From: a virus
Lineage: Duplodnaviria; Caudoviricetes
DNA length: 59,063 nucleotides
Reading direction: 5' to 3' (one strand)
Virus record (IMG/VR): IMGVR_UViG_3300048550_000839
Span: 1-59,063 of that record
Part shown: positions 36,101 through 46,700 of the stretch, in pieces
Position numbering within the stretch: position 1 is the stretch's first letter
Layout of the letters: each line of letters opens with the position of its first letter
The notes under the pieces: model-generated
What the model saw: only the letters and a program-made list of their open reading frames with translations
Told to the model about the DNA's origin: nothing
Database searches by the model: none
Made by a program: the position numbers and the translations under genes

Positions 36101-38076
36101 CTACTGTTATCTAAAACGAAGAATGCATTGCTTGCTCTTTCTGGGGGAACAGGACTTGCAGTGTAAGGTAAGTCGTCCCATTGTAATTCGTCTCTGTCCC
36201 AAAACCTAAATACTAATCTTGTATCATTGTCAAAATACTGAATCCATACATCTTTGTCTTCAGGGTCAATTGGTGCTGTTTTTGTTAAACTATATTTTTT
36301 TGGCACCCATACTTCTGTGTTTGCATTGAATCTAGTTAATCTTAAATCTAAGCCGTTGTTATCAGGATTGATGTTAAACCAAAAATCTACATTTAAAGGA
36401 TTTGGTCTTGTTGCGCTAACTTCTAATATTGTGTCATTACCGTAAACACCTCTTAGACTATCCTGGTTAAGTAATTTCCACAATCCATCATACTTAAAAT
36501 AAAATACATTGTTTACTGTATCAAATAAATATTCTCCGTTATCACCAGTGGTATTACTAGGAACACCTTCATTATATAAAACTGTTTGTTTAGTGTAAGA
36601 GGAATAGCTAACAGGAGTATTTGCTTGACCTCCCATACCAGAATGATTTATACAATAGTAATATAAAGTAGGTGCACCTACTGGAATAGTTATTTCTACA
36701 TAGGCTAGTTCCGCTCCTGCAACTCCAAACACAGTAACGCCTTCAGTATATTCTTGCCCGCTGTCCCAAATACCGTTTGGAGTAGTTGAGAATCTCAAAC
36801 CGTGAGTCGCAACAGATATGTCCGATACATCAAATCTATAAGTATTTCCTTCTCTTAATTCTAAAGTAGGACTAGGGCCATCGAAGCCTTCTATGTAATA
36901 TTTGTTACCTGTACCATACTGATTAGTACCAGGTGCTACTGTTACTTTGTAATTTACAGTTGATATTGTAGAATATATACCAAAGTTTGAGTTTGTTTGA
37001 TCAAACCAAAAACTTTCTGTAAATGTAGAACCTATATTTAAATCGCCTTCGGGTGTTAGCCATTCAGGAGCATCTTCGCCTTCAATAGTAATTTCAAAGG
37101 TACGATCGCTAATTGTGCCATTAAAAGTTGCTCTTATAACAAAAGAAAAAGTAGTAAGCCTTTTTACTTCAAACGCAGACCCTTTGATTTGATTATTTTC
37201 TAATCTCAAACCAGAAGGCAAGTCTCCTGCAATTACACTAGTAGTTGCATTAGCAGTAAGATCAATAGGTAAATCAATTGTAACTGTTGTTCTTTCTAAA
37301 AACCTGCCTAAATTGTAAGGTGACTCTTTTGTCCATACGGTATATGTAGGATCAGCAATAACTTTTATAGCAAGCTCTCTATCATAATAGCCTTCATTGT
37401 CGTGTACTCTAACTGTAAATGTACTAGTTGTAGTTGTATTTTGACTTACTGGTGCACCGACAATAGTGTTATCTACTAATGTTAATCCGGGTGGTAAACT
37501 GCCATCTACTATTTCTGACCAAATATATCTAAATGCTGATCCGCCTTGGTCTCTGAATTGTTTTACATATGTAGGACTATCGTCTATCAGCACACTATCT
37601 GTCTGTGCATACGGTCCTTTATCAAAATTCTCTGCAAATAAAACTGGACCTGTAGGCTGGAAATTTGCACTAGCCCAATCCTGTTTTTCTCCATTTCCGT
37701 TTAACAAACCAGTATCAGTTGTTAGTATTTTGTAACTAGTTAATAAAGATACTAATCTATCTGCTTGGGGGAGTTTTTCTAAATTTGAAAAAAATCCTGG
37801 CATTGCATTTTGAATTGCAGTAATTTTTACACTGTCTAATGTCTGTATATCTCTAGCATTGCTAAGTGCAAATAAAGCTGCTAATCCTTTATTAAAATCT
37901 GCTATGGTATTATCCATATCGATGTATACCTGTGTATTAGGTCCTACATTTTCTGCTATAAACTGACTTATACTATTTGTGCTATTCTCTGTAGTAATCG
38001 GTAATGGCAAAAATATTTGACTTTGGTCATCACTATTGATTGTTAGAATTGTAGATCCATTACTTACATTGAACAT
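33157..38076 (-). CDS. Large virion/baseplate protein with Ig-like (He_PIG-type) repeats, inserted HAD nucleotidase and cupredoxin-like domains
   Basis: Repeats G.LP.GL.L...I.G....F.F.V.A; YIDMDN...LIDD; H...YYCINHSGM. Confidence 0.7.
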   Translation of the reverse strand: MFNVSNGSTILTINSDDQSQIFLPLPITTENSTNSISQFIAENVGPNTQVYIDMDNTIADFNKGLAALFALSNARDIQTLDSVKITAIQNAMPGFFSNLEKLPQADRLVSLLTSYKILTTDTGLLNGNGEKQDWASANFQPTGPVLFAENFDKGPYAQTDSVLIDDSPTYVKQFRDQGGSAFRYIWSEIVDGSLPPGLTLVDNTIVGAPVSQNTTTTSTFTVRVHDNEGYYDRELAIKVIADPTYTVWTKESPYNLGRFLERTTVTIDLPIDLTANATTSVIAGDLPSGLRLENNQIKGSAFEVKRLTTFSFVIRATFNGTISDRTFEITIEGEDAPEWLTPEGDLNIGSTFTESFWFDQTNSNFGIYSTISTVNYKVTVAPGTNQYGTGNKYYIEGFDGPSPTLELREGNTYRFDVSDISVATHGLRFSTTPNGIWDSGQEYTEGVTVFGVAGAELAYVEITIPVGAPTLYYYCINHSGMGGQANTPVSYSSYTKQTVLYNEGVPSNTTGDNGEYLFDTVNNVFYFKYDGLWKLLNQDSLRGVYGNDTILEVSATRPNPLNVDFWFNINPDNNGLDLRLTRFNANTEVWVPKKYSLTKTAPIDPEDKDVWIQYFDNDTRLVFRFWDRDELQWDDLPYTASPVPPERASNAFFVLDNSRVDFDLEVIDPDLTAGETLTFYIAEGDGELPPGLTLSKEGNIKGIVDPILALDSDNYDPYGDSTRQQQGVTDTEGFDSDPYDAQFYGFGLPSRNPRKLNREYEFFVTVADDVSDNRRRFAIYVVSDDFLRADNTIMRSATGLFTADVTYLRKPIWLTRGNLGSIRADNYQTIFIDVYDPNYLLGNVKYNIREYNDDGSRSIIPNGLDFDTDTGELAGIIPYQPAVEVDYKFTIEATRSEADQEVFEINTNIFEDTLAGMTTVKVNKISRSLDDGVDDVEALKKTQVTIENNDYLIEQINEDNLLYDTLQLGFPLLPSPFLKPLTLSTNITIGDSIALFYRNNLTETEIAQWVSRNINYGTTANFVKEINFVNNYRFVGESNQSLGINFTGTGISIIPGEPIQTSVKRALSKVANIDEDLIIVDATDLTSIVVNIPQTALTNNRNLLESVFETEDSSPVYSVVDEDTVKALFTNSWTVNVAKDTQFALGAIKDKSITKRILETQSEFTSTSKTFTLKVLGNVDSTIRWITPETLPSLGANRISYLNVQAETTLEGANLRYDLISGKLPVGLQLKRNGEITGTVKQFGTTADPGLTTIDDRTTTFDGTSTTFDRKFTFKVLARDRFGYSALSRTFSITIIDLDTKLYSNVYMQPFLNTAQRNLYNEFINDYTIFDASLIYRPYDTNFGLQKDLRTLAYAGIEQKNIESFAAAVTLNHTKKKFTFGSLKTAVAKQPGTNDIVYEVVYVDVIDPGEPETGETQDRASIRTGTDLKINQVKKEARDDDSAKAQGQGFFSISTRNGVIIKVRDEAGLLIKTRAGDLTLPTNGGIAIIGRNGTVSVQTTSLSNDASGDPYRFRPNGDVVTVDQTSVITSQSKDRFRYLSNIGTMRKRIAAIGANEREFLPLWMRTAQDGSLSEIDYVTALPLCYTKPGGAQTIKENIENAKFDFKQINYEIDRYIVDKTENNNQETFILFPRHSFNSG

Positions 38077-38088
38077 TTAAATTCATCC

Positions 38089-38757
38089 TCAACTTACAAT
38101 CAAGCCTTCATCAAGCGTGACATTAACCGGAGATGTGACAGTTCCGAAATCGACATCTGTTACAATATTTAAATAATCAATAATACTTGTTATAGTATTA
38201 CCAACACCTCCAAAATCAAGAGATGCAACATCTGCAAGATCGGTTACATTTACACCATTGATTGTGCCACAGTTTACTATATTATTTTGTTGCATATTTA
38301 ACGTTGCACTCACTGCCGGTGAATTTTCTCTAACCAATTGACTATCAATTGATATAGTTTTAGTATTATTATCAACACTCACCACTGCGCCTGTGTTTAC
38401 AGCGCCTTGGAATATTATAGGCTCGCTAACATTGCTTGTTATAGTATTTACACCGTCCGTAAAAACTAGTGTTGCTTGTGTGCTTTTTAAGAATAATGTG
38501 TTTCCATCATCACTAACTCTAAATGCTACTGTGCCAGGTGCAAGCGGATCAGGTTGTAATGCTCTAAAATTAAGTGTACTACCTACTTTGTCTTTGAATA
38601 ATGTGAAGCCGCCTATGCCTACATTTGCACCTTCGACATTTGCAGCTCTTAGATCTAGTTCATCAAAGTTTTGATTTACCTTAATAAATGCTTCTCTTAA
38701 ATCATCCCCTGTGCCGTCATTAGCAAGGTTGCCCACATTGATAACTTGGATTGCCAT
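38089..38757 (-). CDS. Baseplate/tail-fibre-associated protein
   Basis: gp9/gp10-type N-terminal motif NVGNLANDGTGDDLREAFIKVNQNF; GATAAATA at 38777-38784. Confidence 0.7.
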   Translation of the reverse strand: MAIQVINVGNLANDGTGDDLREAFIKVNQNFDELDLRAANVEGANVGIGGFTLFKDKVGSTLNFRALQPDPLAPGTVAFRVSDDGNTLFLKSTQATLVFTDGVNTITSNVSEPIIFQGAVNTGAVVSVDNNTKTISIDSQLVRENSPAVSATLNMQQNNIVNCGTINGVNVTDLADVASLDFGGVGNTITSIIDYLNIVTDVDFGTVTSPVNVTLDEGLIVS

Positions 38758-38799
38758 TATTTTTCTCCGTTTTTTATATTTATCACTTACGGAAGACTA

Positions 38800-40206
38800 T
38801 TAAGAACCAAGTGCTACCCAACCTGTTTGAGTACGGAATTGTAGTTCATTGTCAGTTATGTTAAGAATAATTTCTCCAGGTCTTGGATTAGAAATAGCGT
38901 TTCTTTGTGTAGTTGTAAAATAAGGAACTTGAAGTCCTCTTGTACCATTAGTTGCAGGAAGTTGCAACCATCCTGCGTTGCCTTGTCCGTCAGCGTTGGC
39001 AACGTAGTATTCCGCATAATCATTTGTTTGGTGGAAATCTCCAGTTTGTGGTGAACTAGGACGAGATGCATTAGGCTGAATTCTAAGGTAATTATTTACA
39101 GTCACTCTGTTATTTTGACCTGCGTCAATAGATATATTTCCACTGTTTTTTACTTCCGGCGTATTGAGTCGCACTGTGCTTGTCATCTCATTACCCGTAA
39201 TTTCATTACCAGCAGTAATATCTCCATTGGTAGCAACTATGTTACCATTTGTTGTTGCAAAGTTACCATTTGTACTACCTAGACTTGTTACCACAGTCAA
39301 GTTAGTGACTTCTGCGTTAGTAAGAGCACTAGTTCCTGCACCGTTAGCAGTAATCGTTCCAAAGGTAGCACTTTGCGTGGTAAGTGCGCCTGCTGTCAAC
39401 ACAGCATCTAAATCTACGTTTAACAATACTTGTGCAAGTGTAACAAACTGTGTGTTAGTATTATCAAAAGTAAAAACACCTGTGCTACTGTTATATGAAA
39501 TTGGATCACCTGCACTTAAACTTGCTCTTGTAATGTATCCTTGGGCATTAACTTCTGTAAGTGTAATAAAATTACTATCATTAGCAAGCTGGCTTGTTGA
39601 TGTTGGTACCAATGCTGGTGTAAAACTAAATTCACCTGTGCTATCATCATAAGTTAAACTACCATTACCGCTTGCTGGATTACTTATAAGGCTTAGATCA
39701 GTTAATTCAATACCGCCTCCACCGCCGGTATTGTCTACACCTTGCCAACTAAATCCGTCCCATTTTAAGATTTTATCGACTACACTTCCATCTGAAGGAT
39801 AGTTTGCAAAAACATCTGGAATATCAGCAAGTCTCTCAATTCCACTAATGACTGGTTTGTTATTAATAAAACTTGGATCATTAGGATCTGTTTCATTCCA
39901 ATTAGGTTGCACTTGGATACTACTTAAAGGATTTCCACTTACTGTGTAGTTACTTGCATCAACTACTCCGGCAGCAGTAACACCACCTGTTAAAGTTAAT
40001 GTTCCGCCAGCAATAGCTGAAATATCTGCACCAGCAGCGGTAATTGTGCTGCTTAAAGTAATTGTTGCAGCAGTCAACTGAGATACTAAAGACAGATTGT
40101 TTAAGTTAGCAATGCCGCTTCCTGTCATATCTAAAAAATCGCCATCTGGCATTTCTTTTATATTTGAATCTGTTGCATCTACTACTAGTGGAAATCTATT
40201 TGCCAT
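38800..40206 (-). CDS. Tail fibre-like protein
   Basis: Thr/Gly/Asn-rich; LQVPYFTTTQRNAI..P..G.I..N C-terminal fibre motif; GATAAATA at 40225-40232. Confidence 0.65.
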   Translation of the reverse strand: MANRFPLVVDATDSNIKEMPDGDFLDMTGSGIANLNNLSLVSQLTAATITLSSTITAAGADISAIAGGTLTLTGGVTAAGVVDASNYTVSGNPLSSIQVQPNWNETDPNDPSFINNKPVISGIERLADIPDVFANYPSDGSVVDKILKWDGFSWQGVDNTGGGGGIELTDLSLISNPASGNGSLTYDDSTGEFSFTPALVPTSTSQLANDSNFITLTEVNAQGYITRASLSAGDPISYNSSTGVFTFDNTNTQFVTLAQVLLNVDLDAVLTAGALTTQSATFGTITANGAGTSALTNAEVTNLTVVTSLGSTNGNFATTNGNIVATNGDITAGNEITGNEMTSTVRLNTPEVKNSGNISIDAGQNNRVTVNNYLRIQPNASRPSSPQTGDFHQTNDYAEYYVANADGQGNAGWLQLPATNGTRGLQVPYFTTTQRNAISNPRPGEIILNITDNELQFRTQTGWVALGS

Positions 40207-40239
40207 TCTATATGTCCTTTTTTATATTTATCGTACTCA

Positions 40240-40743
40240 TTACAATGCAGCTATTCTTGCTTTGAAGTCTGCGAAATCTGCACTTGCTGCTACTTCAGTT
40301 TTTAGTGTTGCTAAACTTACGTATCCTGGAATAACAGCATTTACAGCATCTACTAACAATGTGCTATCGTCAGCAAATACACTACCTTGTAAATCTCTAG
40401 GTGCTACTAGTAAATCATCAGTTTCTGGTTTTGTGTACACTTGTATTTTTGTATATGCGTCTGTAATACCAAACCCTGCTAATGTATCTGGAGGATTTGC
40501 TAAATCAGAAAAACTTATTAAGTCATTAGGAACAGTTCCTGATAATGCATTTGCATTTAGACTACTGTTAGGTCCATCAACAAGCATTGTGCTATCAGCA
40601 CCTATAATTGTTTGTGCAGCTTCTCCACCTGTCCTTGCGTATAGTTCTGCAAAGTTATCATTAATTTTTATCATTGCAGCACGTAACGGATCACCTCCAC
40701 CGCTGTTTGCGCTAGATCCTACGTTGATTACTTGAATAGCCAT
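40240..40743 (-). CDS. Short fibre/structural protein
   Basis: NVGSSANSGGGDPLRAAMIKINDNF; GSVFADDSTLLVD; DFADFKARIAAL. Confidence 0.65.
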   Translation of the reverse strand: MAIQVINVGSSANSGGGDPLRAAMIKINDNFAELYARTGGEAAQTIIGADSTMLVDGPNSSLNANALSGTVPNDLISFSDLANPPDTLAGFGITDAYTKIQVYTKPETDDLLVAPRDLQGSVFADDSTLLVDAVNAVIPGYVSLATLKTEVAASADFADFKARIAAL

Positions 40744-43700
40744 TATACTCTCCCCACTACTAGTTCAACGACACCGTGTCCGTCGTCATCTTTTGTACCT
40801 ACTGCTTTACCAATAACTTGTCCAATGCCTGGGGAATTATTTACTATACCGTATCCGGGTACAGCACTAGTAACAATCATATCACCTTTTTCTACTCTAC
40901 CAATTACTTTACAAGGTACACGCCCTTGTAGTGCTACACCAACAACATTGTCTCCTTGTAATGCACTATTCATTAGGTGTGCTGGATTAGTTGTAACTAC
41001 ACCAGCAGCTTTGTGATCATTTTTTGTATTACATAGTGTAACTTCTGCTTCACCACCAAATACTAAAACTGTACCTGGTTCATATTCTTTATCTGCTAGA
41101 TAGTTTTCTGCAAGGTCAGCATATAGTGCTTCAGTGGCTTGTCCATTAAACACTGTTGCCCAAACTGTATTGTATCTGTTACCATTAGCACCAATGTTAA
41201 CATTATTATCTGCTCCAATGTTTGCTGGACCAGTTATGTTGCCAGAATGATTAATTGTAGTAAGTCCTGTGAGTGCTGTAATCGAACCACCTAAGGAAAC
41301 ATCAGTGCTACCAATTGTAATACCGTCATTTGCAAGTTCACCGTTACTGATTTCACCGGCTTGTAATGTTACAGTTTTGCTACTAAAATCAAGTGTGCCT
41401 GCCATTTCATCAGCACTAACACCTCCGTCTTTTATTCCTACCCAGCCATCAGTAACTTCAAAATTAGCACTATCAAAACTTGCCAAGCCGCTTAGTGCTT
41501 GAATAGCTTCTGCATCACCTGTTGGTGCAGGCGTAAATGCTGTTGTTAATTGCATAGCTAATTTACTTTGAACTATTCCTGCATCATCATTAATATCAGT
41601 GTTTATAATTACACCCGGTGTAATACTTGCTGTAAGTTCGTTAGCTGCTGTTCTTGTTAAACCAATATCACCTACTACATCAGCATTTTCACTTGACTGA
41701 GCAGTTCCGTTAAACATTAGAAGTTGTCCAGAAAGTGGAGCACCTGTACCTGTTATTGTTACATCGCCAATATCATTAAGTTCATCTGTTTTGCTATCTA
41801 CATATGATTTATTTGCACCATCGCTGCCGGTAATAGGAGTAGCAAGATTTGTTAGTCTATTACTACCCATATTAAGAACATCTTGCATAGGTGTTTCACT
41901 GAATCCAGCACCGCCTAATGATAGAAAGCCTGGTCCAATTATTGGAGTATATGGTTGCCCATCTCTATTTAAACCTAAACGTGCATTGATATATCCTTCA
42001 ACTGCTGTTTGTGTTGGTACTGCATCGCCTTTAGCATCTGTGAATGTGTCATCAGCACTAAATTCATTTACACGTACACCACGCTTAAATCCAATACCGT
42101 CAATGTTTGTAAGAACAAGTGCCGCATTAAATGTAACACTACCTGTACCCTGATCAACTGTAAAGAATCTACCTACACGGAAGAAACCATCTTGGTCAGT
42201 AAGTACAGCAAACACACGCCCTTTATCACGTTCTTGCACCTGTGCTTTACTTGCGTTACCTGTACTGTCAATTGCATCGTTAGTGCTTACAACACTTGTA
42301 CCAAATGGCTGACCAAAAATACGATCTGGATAGTTACTTGTATTATAACCACCTGTACCAATATCGAGCATATCGTGTCCTGTAGCTCTTGTAGTACTAA
42401 TGTTGACAGTTATTTCACCATCTTCTCCAGCTACTAAACCACCTTTAAGTGTTATACCTGCGGTGTTGGTTAAACTCGTACCTAATCCTGCCGCGGTTGC
42501 TGGCCAATTAATATCACTGTTTGCTTTATCACTTATGCCTATCATTGCAATTGGTACAACACCAGTTCCAGGGTTGAATGTATATTCACTATAAGTATCT
42601 ACAACGTGTACCTTGCCACCCCAAGCAAATATCATTTCACCATCGGCAATTCTTGCTTGGTTAGTTGCATCAAGTGGATTAATTATAATAAATCTATCTC
42701 CAACTTTACTACCAAATGTTTTTGCTGCATCCGGAGTAACACCGCCTAGGATATCTGAATAGTTAGGATCTACGACAAAAGTACCGTTGTTTTCTGCTGT
42801 TGCAATGTAATCATTTTGTGCAGTCAAGTCAATGTATCTATAGTTACTGTCAAAAGTAACAACCCGTTCTGTAGCTGTTGTATTATATCCTGCAAGTATT
42901 GTGGTACCGAATGCAATTGTACGGTAAGTAAGGTCTGCATCATCTGTAAATACAAATGCAGTACTTGGTCTTGTTGCTGGATTGACTACAGGAAAGTTAT
43001 TTAGAATGAAATTTTGTTTGTGTCTAATAACACACTGAGTATTGTGAGGTGAAGTTTCTTGTAGGCCATTACTTGCTGTTCCTTCAATACCAGTACCTAA
43101 GTTTAATCTATAAACTCTGTTATCACGTACTGCTGAACTATCATCAAAAGTAGCAGTACCTGTGACAGATACAGCAGTTACAGTGCCACTGCTTACTGTG
43201 TCGATTGTTATCGTTGCATCATTAGCAGTGGTTGCACCACCTAGTAAATTACCTGCTACCACAAATGTTTCACCTACTGCATAGCCACCGCCAGCGGTGA
43301 GAATATCCACTTGATATCCGTTAGTTCTATTTTTTGTAATTTTAAAAGTAGCTTTTGACGATTGCGGACTACTACCTGCATAAGTGGCAGCAATGGTATC
43401 ATTTATACCATCATATTCGCCCCACTTATATGTAAGTTGTTGTGCGTTTGTAATTTCGTATGGTTGATATAATCCGCTTGGGTGTAAAATTTCAACTTCA
43501 CTTACGTTTAAAGGAAATCCTGTACAATCGTAAACATAAACAAAGAGCTTATCGGCATCTGCGCTTACATCTTCTAAAACAACGGCAGCAGGTTGTTGTA
43601 ATATAGTTGCACTATCATCCGTAGTAACATCGTCTGTTGCACTGAATATACCTGTAATATCCGTTATATATATTCTCTTGCCGCCTTCGCCTAATGCTGC

Positions 43701-46700
43701 TACTGTAGCACTAGCACTGGTTACTTGCTGTTCGATTGTATCTCCAACCGTAACACCGCCTGGCACTGCACTAGTGAATTCTAAATAACCTTCGATATTA
43801 ATTACTTTTCCAGAAAATACCATATCGTCTCGAAGATTTACATCAGTTGGAATTTCGTCTGGATCGGCACCCTCTGATACAAGACCAAAGAAGCCATAAC
43901 TGTTGTTACCGCCTAAACTACGAATTTGAGAACCGTTACTTGCAATATAACCTGTATGACAATAATATGTAAACATACTAACACATTCTGTAAGGGCATT
44001 GTTGTTAGCGACAATACCAAAACCTAAGTCATTAACCTGTGTAAAGTCATTTGATAACATACTTCTGTTACCACCACTTTGTACAAATATATCAACACCA
44101 GTACTACCTGTATACCCATTTCCACTGTTGCTGGTTTCATCAATAATCAAATCGCACGTACCAGCAGTTTGGTCATAGCTTTCAATTGCGTTTACCTGAT
44201 ATCTAGCACCGTTTAAAACAAAAGGAAAAGGAGTAGGTGGACGTCTGATAAACAATCCTTGTCCTGCCGGAGAACCAATTGTTACTTTAAATGGATTGGT
44301 TACATTAGTAATTTGTGCTGGCATATTTGCAGCATAACCGTCGATATATTGTCCACCGTTGAACGCACGTTTTGTACCAAAAGACTGTGAAAAACTTGTA
44401 CCAGTTTGACAATAAGGTGAACGTGTTAGAATTTGACCTTCAGGGTCAAGTACCATCATAAATCCACCGTGTTTTTGCACAGTGATATTTCTAACAATAG
44501 TAGCATCGTTACAAAGGAACACATCCATTTCTTTGTTTTCTTTTGGTGGATTATATGCACTATCAAAAGCAAATGCTACACAATCAATTAAGTTGTTTGC
44601 ATTAGTATCGGATTGAGATTCTGCTGCATAATCTGCATCAAAAATCTGTGATACTGATCCAGCTGCTGCAAAAGGATTACCGCTGTCATTAGCAAGTACA
44701 CTAGTAAGTATTGTTTTAATATTTAAAATTGCAGCTTCTGTTTGAGCTTCTTGTCCGCTTACCGCACCGATATAGTATGCACCTTGATTTATAAGAGTTT
44801 GTTTTCTGCCGCCGGCATTTAAATCTTTAACCAAGCCTTCTATAATTAATTGTGTATCTCTACGACACTTACTTTCATTATAAACTAATGAAGGGTAGGT
44901 AGTATCTACATATTGAATTGTTTCTTCAACAATAAAATCTTTGTTCAATTCTATAAGGTTAGCAGCCTGTGGAAAGCTGCCTGGATTAGATGCACCATTA
45001 GTACCAATATTTTGTGGGTTACCACTATCAGTGAGATAATGATATCCATATTTTCCTTGAATTGATGCTTGTGGGTGAGTAAAGTGATAACCACCGCCTG
45101 TAGTTGCAACATCAAATGTTAATGCTGCGCCACCGCCGCTGCCCATATCATCGTCATCAATAGTAATTGTTTCACCTATTATCCAACCAGTACCGCCATT
45201 TCCAACACTTACAGTTGCAGCACCGGTACCATCAACAACAATAGTAAATGTAGCATCTTGACCAATTCCTGTTTTTGCATAATCATTTGCTGCAATTTGA
45301 TAAGTGCCTGCCTGTCTACTTGCATCTGCACCACTTTGATTTGTTATAGTTGCAAGTGGCGAGGCTGCTGCAGGTAATCCATCAAAAACAATATCTCTAT
45401 AGAAGTATGTATTGGCATACTTACTTTGTGATGTTCCTTTTGCAGGACGAATAACTGTACGTCTAAATTCGTCTCCTTTAACACTTACATTTTCAGGAAG
45501 TTTGATAGGTAGCTGTTCGTTGTAAATACCACTTTCTATGAAAACTGTTACTTGGTTATTTCTTACAACACTTGCAAACTCTAATTCTTCACCTACATCG
45601 AAAGCAAAAGGCTCTAAAAGTTGGACTGTAATACTATCTGTTGTTCCAGTGGCTGCTCTTGCATAAGCGGTAATAATACCTTTTGCACCACTTTGCTTAC
45701 CAACAATAATTTTGCCTGCACGTATATCCGGGTTGCCTGCTATACCTTGGTCAACTGCTGCTTGTCCGCCGTTTGTAAAACTAAATGTATAACTATTACC
45801 ATATACTAGGTTGACGTTTAAATCCTCATTGTTTTCAATAAGAGATACAATTTCATCAAATCTATCACCGTAGTATCCTTGCACTGTTGCACTAATAGTA
45901 CCGTCGGCAATAAATTCTGCTTGTAATAATTGTTGAGCTTTTCTAATACCAGCTATAGTTTCTGTAAGTTGTTTTGTTTTGGCAAGAATACCACTAGGAT
46001 TAGCATTATATCTAAAGCCTGCCCAACGTGTTAGATAATTTGCAGTAGAGCCTGCTTCAACATCTAAACCTATACTTTGCAATATTAATTGTGTATCACG
46101 TCTACAAATTCCTTCATCGTATTCTAAACTCGGAAAGTTAGTGTTTATGTAATCTGTTGTGTCAAATGCAATTTGTATTTTTTTTGATTCTACAATTGCT
46201 CTTGCTGCTGCTGATGTCGCCACAGGGCTTCCAACTCCAGTTACAGTGTCAACTACACTATTAATTTTATTGCCTGAATGTGTAATAGTTTGCACATATG
46301 GACCAGGCTCGAAAGGAGTTGATTCGATAATCTGTTCAGCTCTTTGCATTGCCGCATTTACTGATCCATATGCATAACTTAAACTTCTACCTTCTTGACC
46401 CGAAGGTGTAAATGCTTGCGAATCATCACCTTTTGTACTAACAAATAAGTTAGTTGGTGAAGCATAACCTTGTGTATCTACATATAGTTTTGTAACATAT
46501 TGTAAATCATCTTCGCCTTGAGGTGTACCTGCTCCTCGTAATGGTTCCGGATGATCTGTTGCAAATAAATCTTGCAACATAGTCCTATTTTCTTTTGATC
46601 CTGCACGAGAGATAACATCTTCCATTGCAGGTATTTCTCTTCCTTGCGCAGGACCTACACCTGTATCATATGTGAGTAATCCAGTAAGTTCGTCACCATC

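Noticed and set aside
40097-42594. Plus-strand ORFs of 60-212 aa opposite the fibre genes
   Set aside because: Antisense shadows expected from codon bias; no independent signals
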